Shown here one piece after another: positions 21,263-30,619 of a stretch of DNA of 64,000 nucleotides (position 1 is the first letter of the stretch; each line of letters begins with the position of its first letter). The position numbers were made by a program, and so were the translations under genes. The DNA comes from Thermoanaerobaculia bacterium (GTDB lineage: Bacteria > Acidobacteriota > Thermoanaerobaculia > Multivoradales > JAIOJS01). Where the stretch lies: assembly GCA_963846495.1 (NCBI GenBank), contig CAWJWP010000033.1:87252-151251 (forward strand). The letters run 5' to 3'. Under the pieces are notes generated by a model that saw only the letters and a list, made by a program, of their open reading frames with translations, was not told the DNA's origin and did not search any database.

Positions 21263-21289
21263 TTAGCACTCACCGCGGGTGGCTGCTAA
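21263..21289. promoter_or_regulatory. CIRCE operator (HrcA binding site)
   Basis: TTAGCACTC-accgcgggt-GGCTGCTAA versus consensus TTAGCACTC-N9-GAGTGCTAA (2 mismatches in the right arm), about 90 nt upstream of groES. Confidence 0.75.
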
Positions 21290-21290
21290 C

Positions 21291-21320
21291 AAGATAGCGT
21301 CGCGCCGCGGCGGCTGTCAA
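21291..21320 (-). promoter_or_regulatory. SigmaA-type promoter of groESL
   Basis: Minus strand reads CTTGACA-N18-TATCTT, with CIRCE starting immediately downstream of the -10. Confidence 0.6.
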
Positions 21321-21353
21321 GCCGCTCAGGGCAATGCCGCAGGCGGCACGCGC

Positions 21354-22025
21354 CTACTCGAGCAGCGTCTCGAGCAGCGCCGCGAGCGAGCGCTGGTCCT
21401 CGGCGTCAAGGCCGAGGAACTCGAGCCCGACGGCGAAGACGGGCGGCCCGTGGGGATCGCCGATGGCCGGCAGCACCGAGCGCACGCGGCCGCGCGTGCG
21501 CACCACCGTGCCGCCGGTTTGCACCTCGAGGTCCACCGTCGAGTCGAGCGCCGGCTCCCACACCGTCTCCACCATCATGCCGCCGAGGCTCAGGCGCCGC
21601 GCCTCGAAGTCGTGGCGGATGGCGATCGCCGCGGTGCTCAGGGAGGCGAGACCGAATCGACCGGTGAGCCGGCGGTCCAGCTCGACGACGATGTGCTTCT
21701 CGAGGAAGTCGAGGATCTGCCGCGCGTTCTCGTCGAGGCCGTCGCGGAAGTCGAGACCGGCCTGGTAGACGGCGCGGACGTCGCCCGCTGCGCCTTTCTC
21801 GTTGCGCACCAGCCGGCACCACTGGACCTTGATCTTGAAGCGCAGCGGTACGCCGTCGCCGGAGAGGCGCAGCCAGTAGTCGCTGCCTACCTTGAGCACC
21901 GAGCCGGTTTCGATCAACATGCCGGTCAGGCTCATGTTGAGGACGCGGGCGTCGAGCGACAGCAGCAGGCTGCCGTGGACGTCGGCGACGTCGTAGCGGC
22001 GATGGCGTCGCGCCTCGCGGCTCAT
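21354..22025 (-). CDS. Tandem PilZ-domain protein (putative c-di-GMP receptor)
   Basis: Two halves, each with an RxxxR-type arginine cluster followed by a D/NxSxxG block (RRHRRYDV...LNMSLTGM and ...RRLTGRF.../...RRLSLGGMMVE). Confidence 0.6.
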   Translation of the reverse strand: MSREARRHRRYDVADVHGSLLLSLDARVLNMSLTGMLIETGSVLKVGSDYWLRLSGDGVPLRFKIKVQWCRLVRNEKGAAGDVRAVYQAGLDFRDGLDENARQILDFLEKHIVVELDRRLTGRFGLASLSTAAIAIRHDFEARRLSLGGMMVETVWEPALDSTVDLEVQTGGTVVRTRGRVRSVLPAIGDPHGPPVFAVGLEFLGLDAEDQRSLAALLETLLE

Positions 22026-22109
22026 GGCGGTACTACTACGCTACGGCCGACTCGATCGGATTGTCAAAGGTCGGATTGTCGAAGGCGAGCCGTCTCGGGG
22101 CTGACGAGC

Positions 22110-22853
22110 TCAGCCCGGCTGCAGCCGGCGGTCGAGCTCGGCGTCGAGGCGCTCGAGGTAGCCCTTCTCGCCCCAGAGGACGAGCAGCATGCGGTCGAGC
22201 AGCTGCTCCGCTTCCGGCGAGCCGAGCGCCGGCCGCGTGACGGCTTCCTCGGCCACCGCGGCGACCTCGCCTGCTGCCGAGCGGCCGCGCAGCCGCGTCC
22301 CCAGCCAGCGCAACGTGGCGCCGAAGAGGCGCTCGCTGTTGCGCAGGGCGCCGCGCAGGAGGCGGCGCAGCGGACGCGTGTCGACGGCGGTCAGCGTGCC
22401 GTGGACGGCACCCATCACCCATTGCACGGGCCACTCGTCGATCGGTCCGCCGCGCCCGAGGGCGCCGCCGGCGAGCGCGCGCTGGAGGAGGTAACCCTGG
22501 TGGAAGAGCAGCGAGAAGCTGTCGGCGGCGTCCTTGATGGCGAGGAAGTAGAAGATCTTGCGCAGGATCTCCTTGAACGGATAGAGCAACGCTTTCCAGA
22601 GAAAGCGCGGCAGCGAGCCGCCGCGGCCGCCGCCGGCGAGCTGAGCGACTTGCGTCGAGGTGAGCGTGACACCGTTGCGACGCGCAATGCCTTCCACCAT
22701 CCGCCGGCGGACCCTGCCGAGCGCGATGTCGTCGACGAAGGGAAGCGGCAGCAGCTGGCAAAGGCCGCCGAGCAGGCTGTCCCAGACGACGGCGCGGAAC
22801 CAAGGCGGCACCGGCGGCGCAGGAACCGGCGGCGTGGCCGGCAAGTCGGTCAC
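22110..22853 (-). CDS. Hypothetical protein (247 aa)
   Basis: A coding-looking segment (FLWKALLYPFKEILRKIFYFLAIKDAADSF...) begins at a GTG that overlaps the stop of the upstream small ORF (GTGA at 22850-22853). The longer 518-aa ORF upstream of it is Arg-rich junk. Confidence 0.4.
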   Translation of the reverse strand: MTDLPATPPVPAPPVPPWFRAVVWDSLLGGLCQLLPLPFVDDIALGRVRRRMVEGIARRNGVTLTSTQVAQLAGGGRGGSLPRFLWKALLYPFKEILRKIFYFLAIKDAADSFSLLFHQGYLLQRALAGGALGRGGPIDEWPVQWVMGAVHGTLTAVDTRPLRRLLRGALRNSERLFGATLRWLGTRLRGRSAAGEVAAVAEEAVTRPALGSPEAEQLLDRMLLVLWGEKGYLERLDAELDRRLQPG

Positions 22854-23080
22854 GGTTCGTCTCGCTCGCGCCGCGGGCGCAGCGCGCGGCGCAGAGCATC
22901 GCCGGCTTCGGCCGGCGCGCGGCAGGAGACGGTCCACTGCGCGGCGCCCGACTGGTCGACGCCGGTGGTGCAGCCGGCCACGCCGTCGCGGGCCAGCATC
23001 TCGTCGAGGTGGCGCAGGAAGTGGCGCGCCGTGCCCTCCGCCCGCGGGCCGAAGAAGTCCCAGAAGAAAGTCGTCGCCAC
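22850..23080 (-). CDS. Small hypothetical protein (76 aa)
   Basis: MATTFFWDFFGPRAEGTARHFLRHLDEMLARDG... It lies 6 nt downstream of ppa and is coupled to the next ORF. This could instead be the N-terminal part of a frameshifted single gene together with 22110..22853. Confidence 0.3.
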   Translation of the reverse strand: MATTFFWDFFGPRAEGTARHFLRHLDEMLARDGVAGCTTGVDQSGAAQWTVSCRAPAEAGDALRRALRPRRERDEP

Positions 23081-23086
23081 GATGGC

Positions 23087-23704
23087 TCAGCCCGCGCTCG
23101 GAAAGTGCTCGCGGTAGTCGGCCATCGACGCCTCGACCACCTGCTGCGCGCGCTCGCGGCCGTAGACCTCGTGGACGGCGATGACGTTGGGAGCGCCCGG
23201 CGTGCGCATCTTGTAGGTGCCGAAGTAGTGGCGCAGCCGGTCGACGAGGGCAGCCGGCAGCTCGCTCACGTCCTCCACGTGGCCCCACACCATGTCGTTG
23301 GCGAGCACGGCGATCATCTTGTCGTCGGCCTCGTCGCGGTCGGTGGTGCGGATGCCGCCGACGACGCGGGCGACGAGCAGCACCTCGGCGCGGTTGATCG
23401 GCCGCTCGGAGATGACGCAGGCATCGAGCGGGTCGCCGTCGCCGCGCGTCGAGCCGGCCGAGAGCGCCGACACCCGCGGCCCGCAGTAGGTGCGCGGGAT
23501 GAAGCCGTACGGCACCGGTGGGATGGAGGAGCTGGGCTGCGGACGGTCGAGCCGCAGGTAGCCGCTCTCCTTGTCGACCTCGTACTTCAAGGTGTCGAAC
23601 GGCGTGATCTCGACGTAGACGTGCACGCGCGCCGGCGGCTCGGGGCCGACCGGCAGCCCGTGCCACGGGTGCGGACGGTAGAGGCTGAACGTGGGCTCGC
23701 TCAT
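23087..23704 (-). CDS. ppa: Inorganic pyrophosphatase (family I)
   Basis: [35 protein letters not shown] and [10 protein letters not shown] motifs. Start taken at MSEPTF (205 aa); the longer upstream extension is Arg/Ser-rich. Confidence 0.85.
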   Translation of the reverse strand: MSEPTFSLYRPHPWHGLPVGPEPPARVHVYVEITPFDTLKYEVDKESGYLRLDRPQPSSSIPPVPYGFIPRTYCGPRVSALSAGSTRGDGDPLDACVISERPINRAEVLLVARVVGGIRTTDRDEADDKMIAVLANDMVWGHVEDVSELPAALVDRLRHYFGTYKMRTPGAPNVIAVHEVYGRERAQQVVEASMADYREHFPSAG

Positions 23705-23750
23705 CGCCGGAAGCGTAGCGCGCGACACGAGGCCGGTGGCGAACGCTGAC

Positions 23751-26537
23751 CTACGGCTCTGCCGGCAGCGCCCAGAGCTCCTCGCCGTGGTCGCGGTCCC
23801 GGGCGGAGAAGTAGAGACGCGACCCTGCCACCGCCATCTCGTGTAGGGCGAAAGACGTGGGTCCGAGGCGGAAGATGGGAGCCGTCCCGGCCGGCGTGCC
23901 GTCCGACTGCCAGAGAGCGCTCTCGCCGCCATGGGCCGCCGCGAACGTGAGCCGACCGCCGAAGACGCGCACGGAGCTCGCGTTCTCGATCGGCAAACCC
24001 TCGGCGTCGAGCATCGGCGCGGTGCCTTCAGCCGTCCCGTCGCTCACGTAGAGCAAGAGGCGCTGGGAGACTGGATCGAACGCCCCGAAGTAGACGCGGC
24101 CGCCGAACACGGCGGGTCCCTCGGAAGCCGGCTGCGAGGAGTAGCGATACACCGTCGAGATCTGGCGGGTGCCCGCCTGCGTGCTGTCGGTGACCCAGAG
24201 TCCCCGCGGTAGGAAGACCAGGAGCTGGGCGCCGAGCTGCGCGATCCAGATCGGGCCATACGTGTCGGAGAGCCCACCGAGCTGCACCACCGGCACGGTG
24301 CCCGCCGCCGTGCCGTCGGTGCGCCACAGCTCCAAGGCGGCCAGACCGGGGTCGCCTGACGTGAAGAAGTACGTCACTCCGCCGATCGTCTGGAAGCCGT
24401 GGAGGGTCTGGTAACCGTTACCCGGCTCGAGCTCGCCGATCTCGCTCGTCCCCGCCGCAGTGCCGTCGCTCCGCCACGGCTCGATGCCGTGGTCGAGGGA
24501 GCCGGCACGGAAGATGATGCCGTTGCCGAACGGCGTGAGCTCGTCGGGCTGCCAACCGTCAGAGCCGCCGGTGAAAGCAACGACTTCCTGCGTCCCGGCG
24601 GCAGTGCCGTCGGTCTTCCAGAGCGCGTACTCGTAGGCCTGATTGCGCAGGGAGAAGAAGACCATGCCGCCCGCGGCGGCCATGGCATAGATCCGGCCCA
24701 TCGAGGGAGAGAGCTGGATCGTCCCCTGCGCGGTGCCGTCGGTCCGCCACACTGAGTTGCCGGCGACGTCGCGGCGCGTGTACACCAGGTCCGTCCCGAT
24801 CGCTGCGCTATAGACGTCGAAGGACGGAGGCCGCGGGCTGTATGCGTCATCGATGCGCAACGTTCCTTGCTCGGTGCCGTCGGTGTGCCACAGCTGCGCG
24901 CTCTCGCCGTCGCCATCGTCGGCAGCGAAGTAGAGACGGCTGCCGGCGGCCTGAAACGCGCTGGGGAACGAGCCGCCGAGGTCCTCGTCGGCGATGTCGC
25001 GCACGAGGTGCGTGCCGGCGAGCGTACCGTCGCTGACCCATAGCTCCCGGCCGTGCTGCGGGTCGGGCGCCGTGAAGAACATCCTCGTCCCGGTGGCCAC
25101 CCTTTCGATGGACGAGAACTGCTGGCTGTCGAAATCGGTGAGGCGCTCCGTTCCGGCCAGGGTGCCATCGCTCGCCCAGAGCTCGAAGGTGTCGTCGGTC
25201 GAACCGTCAGCGGGGCGGGCGAGGAAGAACCGACGGCCGCCGATCGCGTCGTAACCGAGGGGAAAGGACGAGCAGTCGCCGGGGCAGAGGTCGCCGACGA
25301 GCCGCGTGCCCGCGGTGCTGCCGTCCGTCGACCAGAGCTCGAAGCCGTGCTGCCCGTCGGTGGCGTTGAGCAGCAACCGCTCGCCGGCCTGCCCGACGAT
25401 CAACGACAGGCTGCCGCAAGCGCCGGGGCAGATGTCGTTGAGCAGGCGAGTGCCCTTCACCGAGCCGTCGGTGATCCAAGGTTCGGCGCCGTGGGAGCCG
25501 TCATCCGCGCTGAAGACGAAACGTCCGCCAAAGGCGCCGGGAAACAGGTAGAGAGGGGTCGAGTGGAACATGAACGCGTCCCGCCGGGCGAAGGCGGTGA
25601 GCGCCCGAGTGCCTTTCGGGGTGCCGTCGGTGACCCACAGCTCCTGCCCGTCCTTCGGCGTTTCGAGGGCCAGGTACAACTTCGAGGGCAGGGCCTGGTA
25701 GCTGAGGAAGCTCGGCGAGCCGGGACCCTTGACCGTGTCGGCGAAGAAGTAGGTGCCTGCCGGAGTGCCGTCGCTGCGCCACAGCTCTGATCCCTTCCCG
25801 GCGGCCCCGGCGAAGAACACCAGGCTGCGGTCGAGAGCGACGAGCGGCCCCAGGATGCCGCCGGTGGAGGTGGGTCTCTTGATCAGCCGGGTGCCGCCCG
25901 CGGTGCCGTCGCTCGTCCACAGCGCGTAACCCTTGTCGTCGCCGTAGGCGAAGAAGAAGAGCTTGCCTTTGAAAGCCACCAAGCCCAACGGCCCGGAGGG
26001 GATAGGTCCCGGGCGAATGTCGACGAGCCGCGTGCCGGCGACGGTACCGTCGGAGGACCAGAGCTCGCGCCCGTGCGCCGCGGTGGTGGCGGTGAAGAAC
26101 AGGCGCCCCAGCTCAGGGACCCAGGCGGCGCGGATGCTTTGCGGCAGGGCGAGGCCTGCCGCCAGCCGCACCGGGTCGCCGGCGGCGCCGCGCGTCAGCC
26201 ACAGCTCGCGCTCGCTGCTCCCTTGCGCCACGAAGTAGAAGACGCCGATGGGCGTGCTGGCCAGGAGACGCGGATCGGAGGAGCAGTCTTCGGCGCAGGC
26301 GTCCACCAGCTGAATCGTGCCCGCCTCGGTGCCGTCGCTGCTCCACAGCTCCCGATCACCGTCCTTCTCGGCGGCAAAGACCGCCCGGCCAGCGAAGGTG
26401 GCGAAGTTGTTGGGCCACGCATCCGCCGAATCGGTGGTGGGATTGATGTCCTTGACGAGATAAGGCTCCGCCGCATGCGCCCGGGACGCCAGGCAGGCAA
26501 CCACGATAGCGATGGCGAGGCGAAGCTCCCGGCTCAT
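23751..26537 (-). CDS. Secreted repeat protein with about 19 ELWxxDGT-type repeats (probable beta-propeller)
   Basis: Signal peptide [22 protein letters not shown]. Recurring units, each about 45-50 aa: [60 protein letters not shown] and similar. Confidence 0.7.
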   Translation of the reverse strand: MSRELRLAIAIVVACLASRAHAAEPYLVKDINPTTDSADAWPNNFATFAGRAVFAAEKDGDRELWSSDGTEAGTIQLVDACAEDCSSDPRLLASTPIGVFYFVAQGSSERELWLTRGAAGDPVRLAAGLALPQSIRAAWVPELGRLFFTATTAAHGRELWSSDGTVAGTRLVDIRPGPIPSGPLGLVAFKGKLFFFAYGDDKGYALWTSDGTAGGTRLIKRPTSTGGILGPLVALDRSLVFFAGAAGKGSELWRSDGTPAGTYFFADTVKGPGSPSFLSYQALPSKLYLALETPKDGQELWVTDGTPKGTRALTAFARRDAFMFHSTPLYLFPGAFGGRFVFSADDGSHGAEPWITDGSVKGTRLLNDICPGACGSLSLIVGQAGERLLLNATDGQHGFELWSTDGSTAGTRLVGDLCPGDCSSFPLGYDAIGGRRFFLARPADGSTDDTFELWASDGTLAGTERLTDFDSQQFSSIERVATGTRMFFTAPDPQHGRELWVSDGTLAGTHLVRDIADEDLGGSFPSAFQAAGSRLYFAADDGDGESAQLWHTDGTEQGTLRIDDAYSPRPPSFDVYSAAIGTDLVYTRRDVAGNSVWRTDGTAQGTIQLSPSMGRIYAMAAAGGMVFFSLRNQAYEYALWKTDGTAAGTQEVVAFTGGSDGWQPDELTPFGNGIIFRAGSLDHGIEPWRSDGTAAGTSEIGELEPGNGYQTLHGFQTIGGVTYFFTSGDPGLAALELWRTDGTAAGTVPVVQLGGLSDTYGPIWIAQLGAQLLVFLPRGLWVTDSTQAGTRQISTVYRYSSQPASEGPAVFGGRVYFGAFDPVSQRLLLYVSDGTAEGTAPMLDAEGLPIENASSVRVFGGRLTFAAAHGGESALWQSDGTPAGTAPIFRLGPTSFALHEMAVAGSRLYFSARDRDHGEELWALPAEP

Positions 26538-26620
26538 GGCATGCTCCTTCGACGACTGCTTTTCAGAGGAACGGCGCAGTATAGCCAGCCGGCGAGGCGG
26601 CTCGGCTTAGGCTTGACGCG

Positions 26621-27544
26621 ATGCCGGAGCTGCCCGACATCGTCGTCTACCTCGACGCGCTGGCGCCGCGCGTGCTCGCGCAGCCTCTCGATCGTGTACG
26701 GCTGGCGAGCCCGTTCCTGCTGCGCTCGGTGACGCCGCCGCTCTCGGCCGCGTTCGGGCGCCGCGTCGTCGGGCTGCGGCGGTTGGGCAAGCGGATCGTG
26801 TTTGCGCTCGAGGAGGACCTCTTCCTCGTCCTCCACCTGATGATCGCCGGCCGTCTCCGCTGGCATCCGCCGAAGCCGGGCGGCGCACCACTGGCGGTGC
26901 CGAAGAAGGTCGGGCTCGCCGCCTTCGACTTCCCCACCGGCACGCTGCTGCTCACCGAGGCGAGCGCCAAGAAGCGCGCCTCGCTTTACCTCGTCGCGGG
27001 CGACGCCGGACTCGCGGCGCATGACCGCGGCGGTCTCGAGGTCCTCGACGCAACGCCCGAGGCGTTCCACGCGGCGCTCGCCGCCGAGACCCACACGCTG
27101 AAGCGCGCGCTCACCGACCCGCGCATCCTCTCCGGCATCGGCAACGCCTATTCCGACGAGATCCTCCACCGAGCGCGGCTGTCGCCGTTCAAACGCACGA
27201 CCGACCTCGCGCCCGAGGAGAGCGCTGCGCTGCTCGCAGCGACGAAGGAAGTGCTCGGCGAATGGATCGCGCGCCTCCGCGCCGAGACCGGCGAAGGCTT
27301 CCCCGAGAAGGTCACCGCCTTTCGGCCGCAGATGGCCGTGCACGGCCGATACGGCCAGCCCTGCCCGGTGTGCGGCACGCCCGTGCAGCGCATCCTCTAC
27401 GCGGCGAACGAGGCGAACTACTGCCCCACCTGTCAGACCGGCGGCCGCCTCCTCGCCGACCGCGTGCTGTCACGGCTGATGAAGGAGGACTGGCCGCGCA
27501 CGCTGGAGGAGCTGGAAGAGAAGAAGGAGAAAGCGAGGGGGTAG
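26621..27544 (+). CDS. Fpg/Nei family DNA glycosylase/AP lyase
   Basis: N-terminal MPELPD (catalytic Pro2/Glu3), an H2TH region and a C-terminal zinc finger [25 protein letters not shown]. Extra Lys/Glu-rich tail. Confidence 0.8.
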   Translation: MPELPDIVVYLDALAPRVLAQPLDRVRLASPFLLRSVTPPLSAAFGRRVVGLRRLGKRIVFALEEDLFLVLHLMIAGRLRWHPPKPGGAPLAVPKKVGLAAFDFPTGTLLLTEASAKKRASLYLVAGDAGLAAHDRGGLEVLDATPEAFHAALAAETHTLKRALTDPRILSGIGNAYSDEILHRARLSPFKRTTDLAPEESAALLAATKEVLGEWIARLRAETGEGFPEKVTAFRPQMAVHGRYGQPCPVCGTPVQRILYAANEANYCPTCQTGGRLLADRVLSRLMKEDWPRTLEELEEKKEKARG

Positions 27545-27550
27545 AAACAC

Positions 27551-27585
27551 GACGGCCGGTGCGACTGCCACGCACCGGCCGTGTC
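27551..27585. terminator. Bidirectional terminator-like hairpin between convergent fpg and RRM gene
   Basis: Stem CGGCCGGTGCG / CGCACCGGCCG (11 bp) with loop ACTGCCA. On the minus-strand transcript it is followed by GUGUUUCUAC. Confidence 0.4.
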
Positions 27586-27607
27586 TCGAGGCGTCGATGT
27601 CGACGCG

Positions 27608-27880
27608 CTACCAGTCGCGCCGCGGCCCTCGCGCCTCTCTCGGCCGCGCCTCGTTGACGCGCAGCGTGCGGCCGCCGAACTGCTGCTGCTCGAGCGCGTG
27701 GATGGCGGCGTCGGCACCGGCATCGTCCATCTCGACGAAGGCGAAGCCTCGTGGTTGGCCGGTCTCGCGGTCGCTGATGATGCTCACCGAATGGACGGTG
27801 CCGTGCTGCTCGAAGAGCTGGCGGAGCTCGTCCTCGGTGGCGCTGTAGGGGAGGTTGCCGACGTAGAGTTTCTTCGCCAT
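27608..27880 (-). CDS. RRM-type RNA-binding protein (RNP-1/RNP-2), copy 1
   Basis: RNP-2 LYVGNL and RNP-1 RGFAFVEM. 90 aa. AAGGAG RBS. Confidence 0.85.
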   Translation of the reverse strand: MAKKLYVGNLPYSATEDELRQLFEQHGTVHSVSIISDRETGQPRGFAFVEMDDAGADAAIHALEQQQFGGRTLRVNEARPREARGPRRDW

Positions 27881-29526
27881 TGGCTCGCGCTCCTTTCGAC
27901 CTCGGAAAAGTTAGCACGCGTGTTCGCGAGCAGCAGGTAGCCGTGGTGCGAGTCGGCGTCGCGCGCCACTTCGACGAGCGGCGGCGGCGGCGCGAGCTTG
28001 TTCCAGTCGTCGCGCTGCGCCAGCACCCACACGCGCCCAGGCCGCGCCGCGAAGGCGCGTAGCGCCGCCTCGTCGGCGAGCTCGACGGCGTAGCGGCGCG
28101 AGTAGAAGAGGAAGGTGGAGTCGAGCCGCGGATAGATGCCGTAGACGTCGCCCGGCTGCATGCGCTCGACCAGCTCGCCCGACAGCGCGCGCGCCGACTT
28201 GACGACGTCGAAGCGCGGCAGCAGCACGAAGGCGAGGGCGAGCTCGAGCGCCGCCATGCCGGCGGCGACGCCGGCGACGGCGCGGCCGATCCTCCCGTGC
28301 CGCGCCGACCACCAGGCGAAGACGGCGCCGAAGAGGAGCGGCAGGAACGCCGCGGTCACCGTCCACACGAAGGGATCGCCGCCGAGCACCGCCGCCTCCT
28401 CGCGGCGACGTCCGGCGACCGGCAGCGCCACGATGACGAGCAGCACGAGAAAAGCGAAGGCAGCAAACGGCCACGTCGCCCACTTCCGGCGCGCCGGCCA
28501 AAGCGCGGCGAGGCGATCAAGGCCGGCGCCGACGAGCAGCGCCATCGCCGCGTACATGGTGAGCACGTAGACGTCGCGCTTGGCGGGCGAGAGGCTGAAG
28601 AAGACGACCGTCACCACCGCCCAGCAGACGGCGAGGCGGAAGCCGTCGCGCGCCCGTCCGCCGAGCCCGCGCGCCGCCACGAACGCCGTCGGCAGCAGGA
28701 GCGACCAGGGCAGGAACTCGGGTGGGATGACGGTCAGGTAGTAGTACCAGGGCAGGCGGTGGTGCCAGGGGTTGGCGTAGCGCGTCACGTTCTGGCGCAG
28801 CACGATCTGATCGAGGTAGGCCTGGCCACCGGCGAGCCCCGCCGGCACGAGCCACGCGAGCACCACCGCCGCGACGAGCAGCAGGCCGCGGCCGAGCCGC
28901 AGCCGCCGCAGCTCGTCGCGCTCGCCGTTCCAGAGCAGGAAGACGACGATCGCGAGCAGCGGCGGCAAGACGCCCGCCGGCCCCTTCGCCAGCACGGCGA
29001 GGCCGCCCGCTAGGTACATCAGCCAGTAGCAACGAGGCCGGCGCTCGGTGTAGCCCCGCACGAAGAACCAGAGCTGCAGCGCCACCAGGAAGGCGAGCAG
29101 CATGTCGATCTGCCCGAAGCGCGCTTGCCACATCACCTTGAACGCGGTGGCGAAGACGAGTGCAGCGAGCAGGCCGGCGCGTCGCCCGTGGAGGCGCCGC
29201 CCGAGCCGGTAGACGAGCAGCACGGCGCCGATGCCGGCGAGCGCCGAGGGGATGCGCACCGCCGTCTCATCGACCTCGCCGGTCAGCAGCGAGCTCGCGG
29301 CGACGAGCCAGAAGAAGAGCGGCGGCTTCTGCGTGTAGACGGCGCCGTTCAACCGCGGCACGGCCCACGAGCCGGCGTCGCGCATCTCGCGCGCCACCTC
29401 GGCGTAGCGCGCCTCGTCGGGGTTCCAGACGTCGCGGCGCCCGAGGCCGGGAAGGAAGAGCAGCGCGGCGCCGAGCGCGAGCAGCAGCAGGTCGCGACGC
29501 AAACCGTCTTCGGGCTCGATCGACAT
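27784..29526 (-). CDS. GT39/ArnT-like dolichyl- or undecaprenyl-phosphate-sugar-dependent membrane glycosyltransferase
   Basis: N-terminal hallmark WNPDEARYAEVAREM ... PPLFFWL and 12 or more TM helices. The annotated 3' end runs 97 nt into the RRM gene in another frame (tail SASQWRRNSTSATSP... looks non-coding), so the true stop is probably near 27890-27900. Confidence 0.7.
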   Translation of the reverse strand: MSIEPEDGLRRDLLLLALGAALLFLPGLGRRDVWNPDEARYAEVAREMRDAGSWAVPRLNGAVYTQKPPLFFWLVAASSLLTGEVDETAVRIPSALAGIGAVLLVYRLGRRLHGRRAGLLAALVFATAFKVMWQARFGQIDMLLAFLVALQLWFFVRGYTERRPRCYWLMYLAGGLAVLAKGPAGVLPPLLAIVVFLLWNGERDELRRLRLGRGLLLVAAVVLAWLVPAGLAGGQAYLDQIVLRQNVTRYANPWHHRLPWYYYLTVIPPEFLPWSLLLPTAFVAARGLGGRARDGFRLAVCWAVVTVVFFSLSPAKRDVYVLTMYAAMALLVGAGLDRLAALWPARRKWATWPFAAFAFLVLLVIVALPVAGRRREEAAVLGGDPFVWTVTAAFLPLLFGAVFAWWSARHGRIGRAVAGVAAGMAALELALAFVLLPRFDVVKSARALSGELVERMQPGDVYGIYPRLDSTFLFYSRRYAVELADEAALRAFAARPGRVWVLAQRDDWNKLAPPPPLVEVARDADSHHGYLLLANTRANFSEVERSASQWRRNSTSATSPTAPPRTSSASSSSSTAPSIR

Positions 29527-29630
29527 CGAGCGCGCATCCTACGTCGCGCGAGCAGCGAGGCACGCGAGACAGTCGCGGTGCTCCGCGGCGCGCGCGCGAG
29601 TGGCACTTCCCGTGCGTCACAATCGGCGCC

Positions 29631-30473
29631 ATGTCGCCTCGCCGCCCGCGATCGCCGCTGCTCGCGCCCGAGCATCGCGCGCTCCTGTTGGCGCTGCTGG
29701 CGCTCGCCGGAGCTTGGCTCTTCGCCGCTCTCGCCTGGGCGGCGCTGCACGGCGAAAGCCATGCTCTCGACGAGGCGGCGCTGCGCGCGCTGCGCGTGCC
29801 TGGCGCGCCGGAACAGCTACGTGGGCCGGCGCTCCTCGTCCACGCGGCGCGCGACGTCACGGCGCTCGGCAGCCACGCCGTGCTCGCGCTGGTCATCGCG
29901 GCCACGACGGGCTTCCTGCTGCTGCTGCGCAAGCCGGCGACTGCCCTCGCGGTGCTCGCCGCGGGCGCCGGCGGCATGGCGCTCAACGGCGTCCTGAAGC
30001 AGCTCTTCGCGCGCGCGCGGCCGCAGGTCGTGCCGCCGCTGGTGGACGTCGACAGCCCGAGCTTCCCGAGCGGCCACGCGCTGCTCTCGGCGGCGGTCTA
30101 CCTGTCGCTCGCCGTCGTCGCCGCGCGCGCCATCGCGGCGCGCCGAGTGCGGCTCTACGTGCTCGCCGCCGCCGCGACGCTGGTCGCGCTCGTCGGTTTG
30201 ACCCGCGTCATCCTCGGCGTCCATTACCCGACCGACGTCGTCGCCGGCTGGATCATCGGCGGCCTGTGGGCCCTGGTGTGCGGCCTCGAGGCGCGCACGC
30301 TGCAGCGGCGCGGCGCCGTCGAGCCGCCGGGCATCGCTCCCGAGACCCGCGCGCCGCAGCCGCCGTCAGTGGAAAGCGGAACGACGGCGCCGCTGTCTGC
30401 GGAAACAACCGCAGCGGCTATCAGCGACCCGACGTCCGAGCCGCCGCCCGCTGCAACAGCTCGTCAGCGCTGA
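29631..30473 (+). CDS. PAP2 superfamily phosphatase (lipid phosphate / undecaprenyl-PP / lipid A phosphatase-like)
   Basis: Motifs KQLFARARP, PSFPSGHA and GVHYPTDV (PAP2 C1-C3). 6 TM. Start chosen at MSPRRP; the upstream extension is Arg-rich. Confidence 0.75.
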   Translation: MSPRRPRSPLLAPEHRALLLALLALAGAWLFAALAWAALHGESHALDEAALRALRVPGAPEQLRGPALLVHAARDVTALGSHAVLALVIAATTGFLLLLRKPATALAVLAAGAGGMALNGVLKQLFARARPQVVPPLVDVDSPSFPSGHALLSAAVYLSLAVVAARAIAARRVRLYVLAAAATLVALVGLTRVILGVHYPTDVVAGWIIGGLWALVCGLEARTLQRRGAVEPPGIAPETRAPQPPSVESGTTAPLSAETTAAAISDPTSEPPPAATARQR

Positions 30474-30619
30474 GCCGCGACAGCGCGCCGAGCGCCGCTT
30501 CCCACGCGCCGTCGCCGCACAGCCCGGCGAGCAGCGCCTCCTCGTGCGCCTCGGCGAGCGCGGCGCGGCAGGCGTCGCGTATCCCGAGCGCGAGCTCGCG
30601 CGGATCGCCTGCCGCCGGC

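Noticed and set aside
21279-23117. 612-aa plus-strand ORF spanning the groES promoter through the ppa region
   Set aside because: Runs through a promoter/CIRCE region and antisense to PilZ, hypothetical and ppa genes; Arg-rich; no coding signal.
27881-27940. TTAGCACGC...GAGCAGCAG looked like a CIRCE half-site upstream of RRM copy 1
   Set aside because: Only the left arm matches. The right arm shows no similarity to GAGTGCTAA, so there is no inverted repeat.
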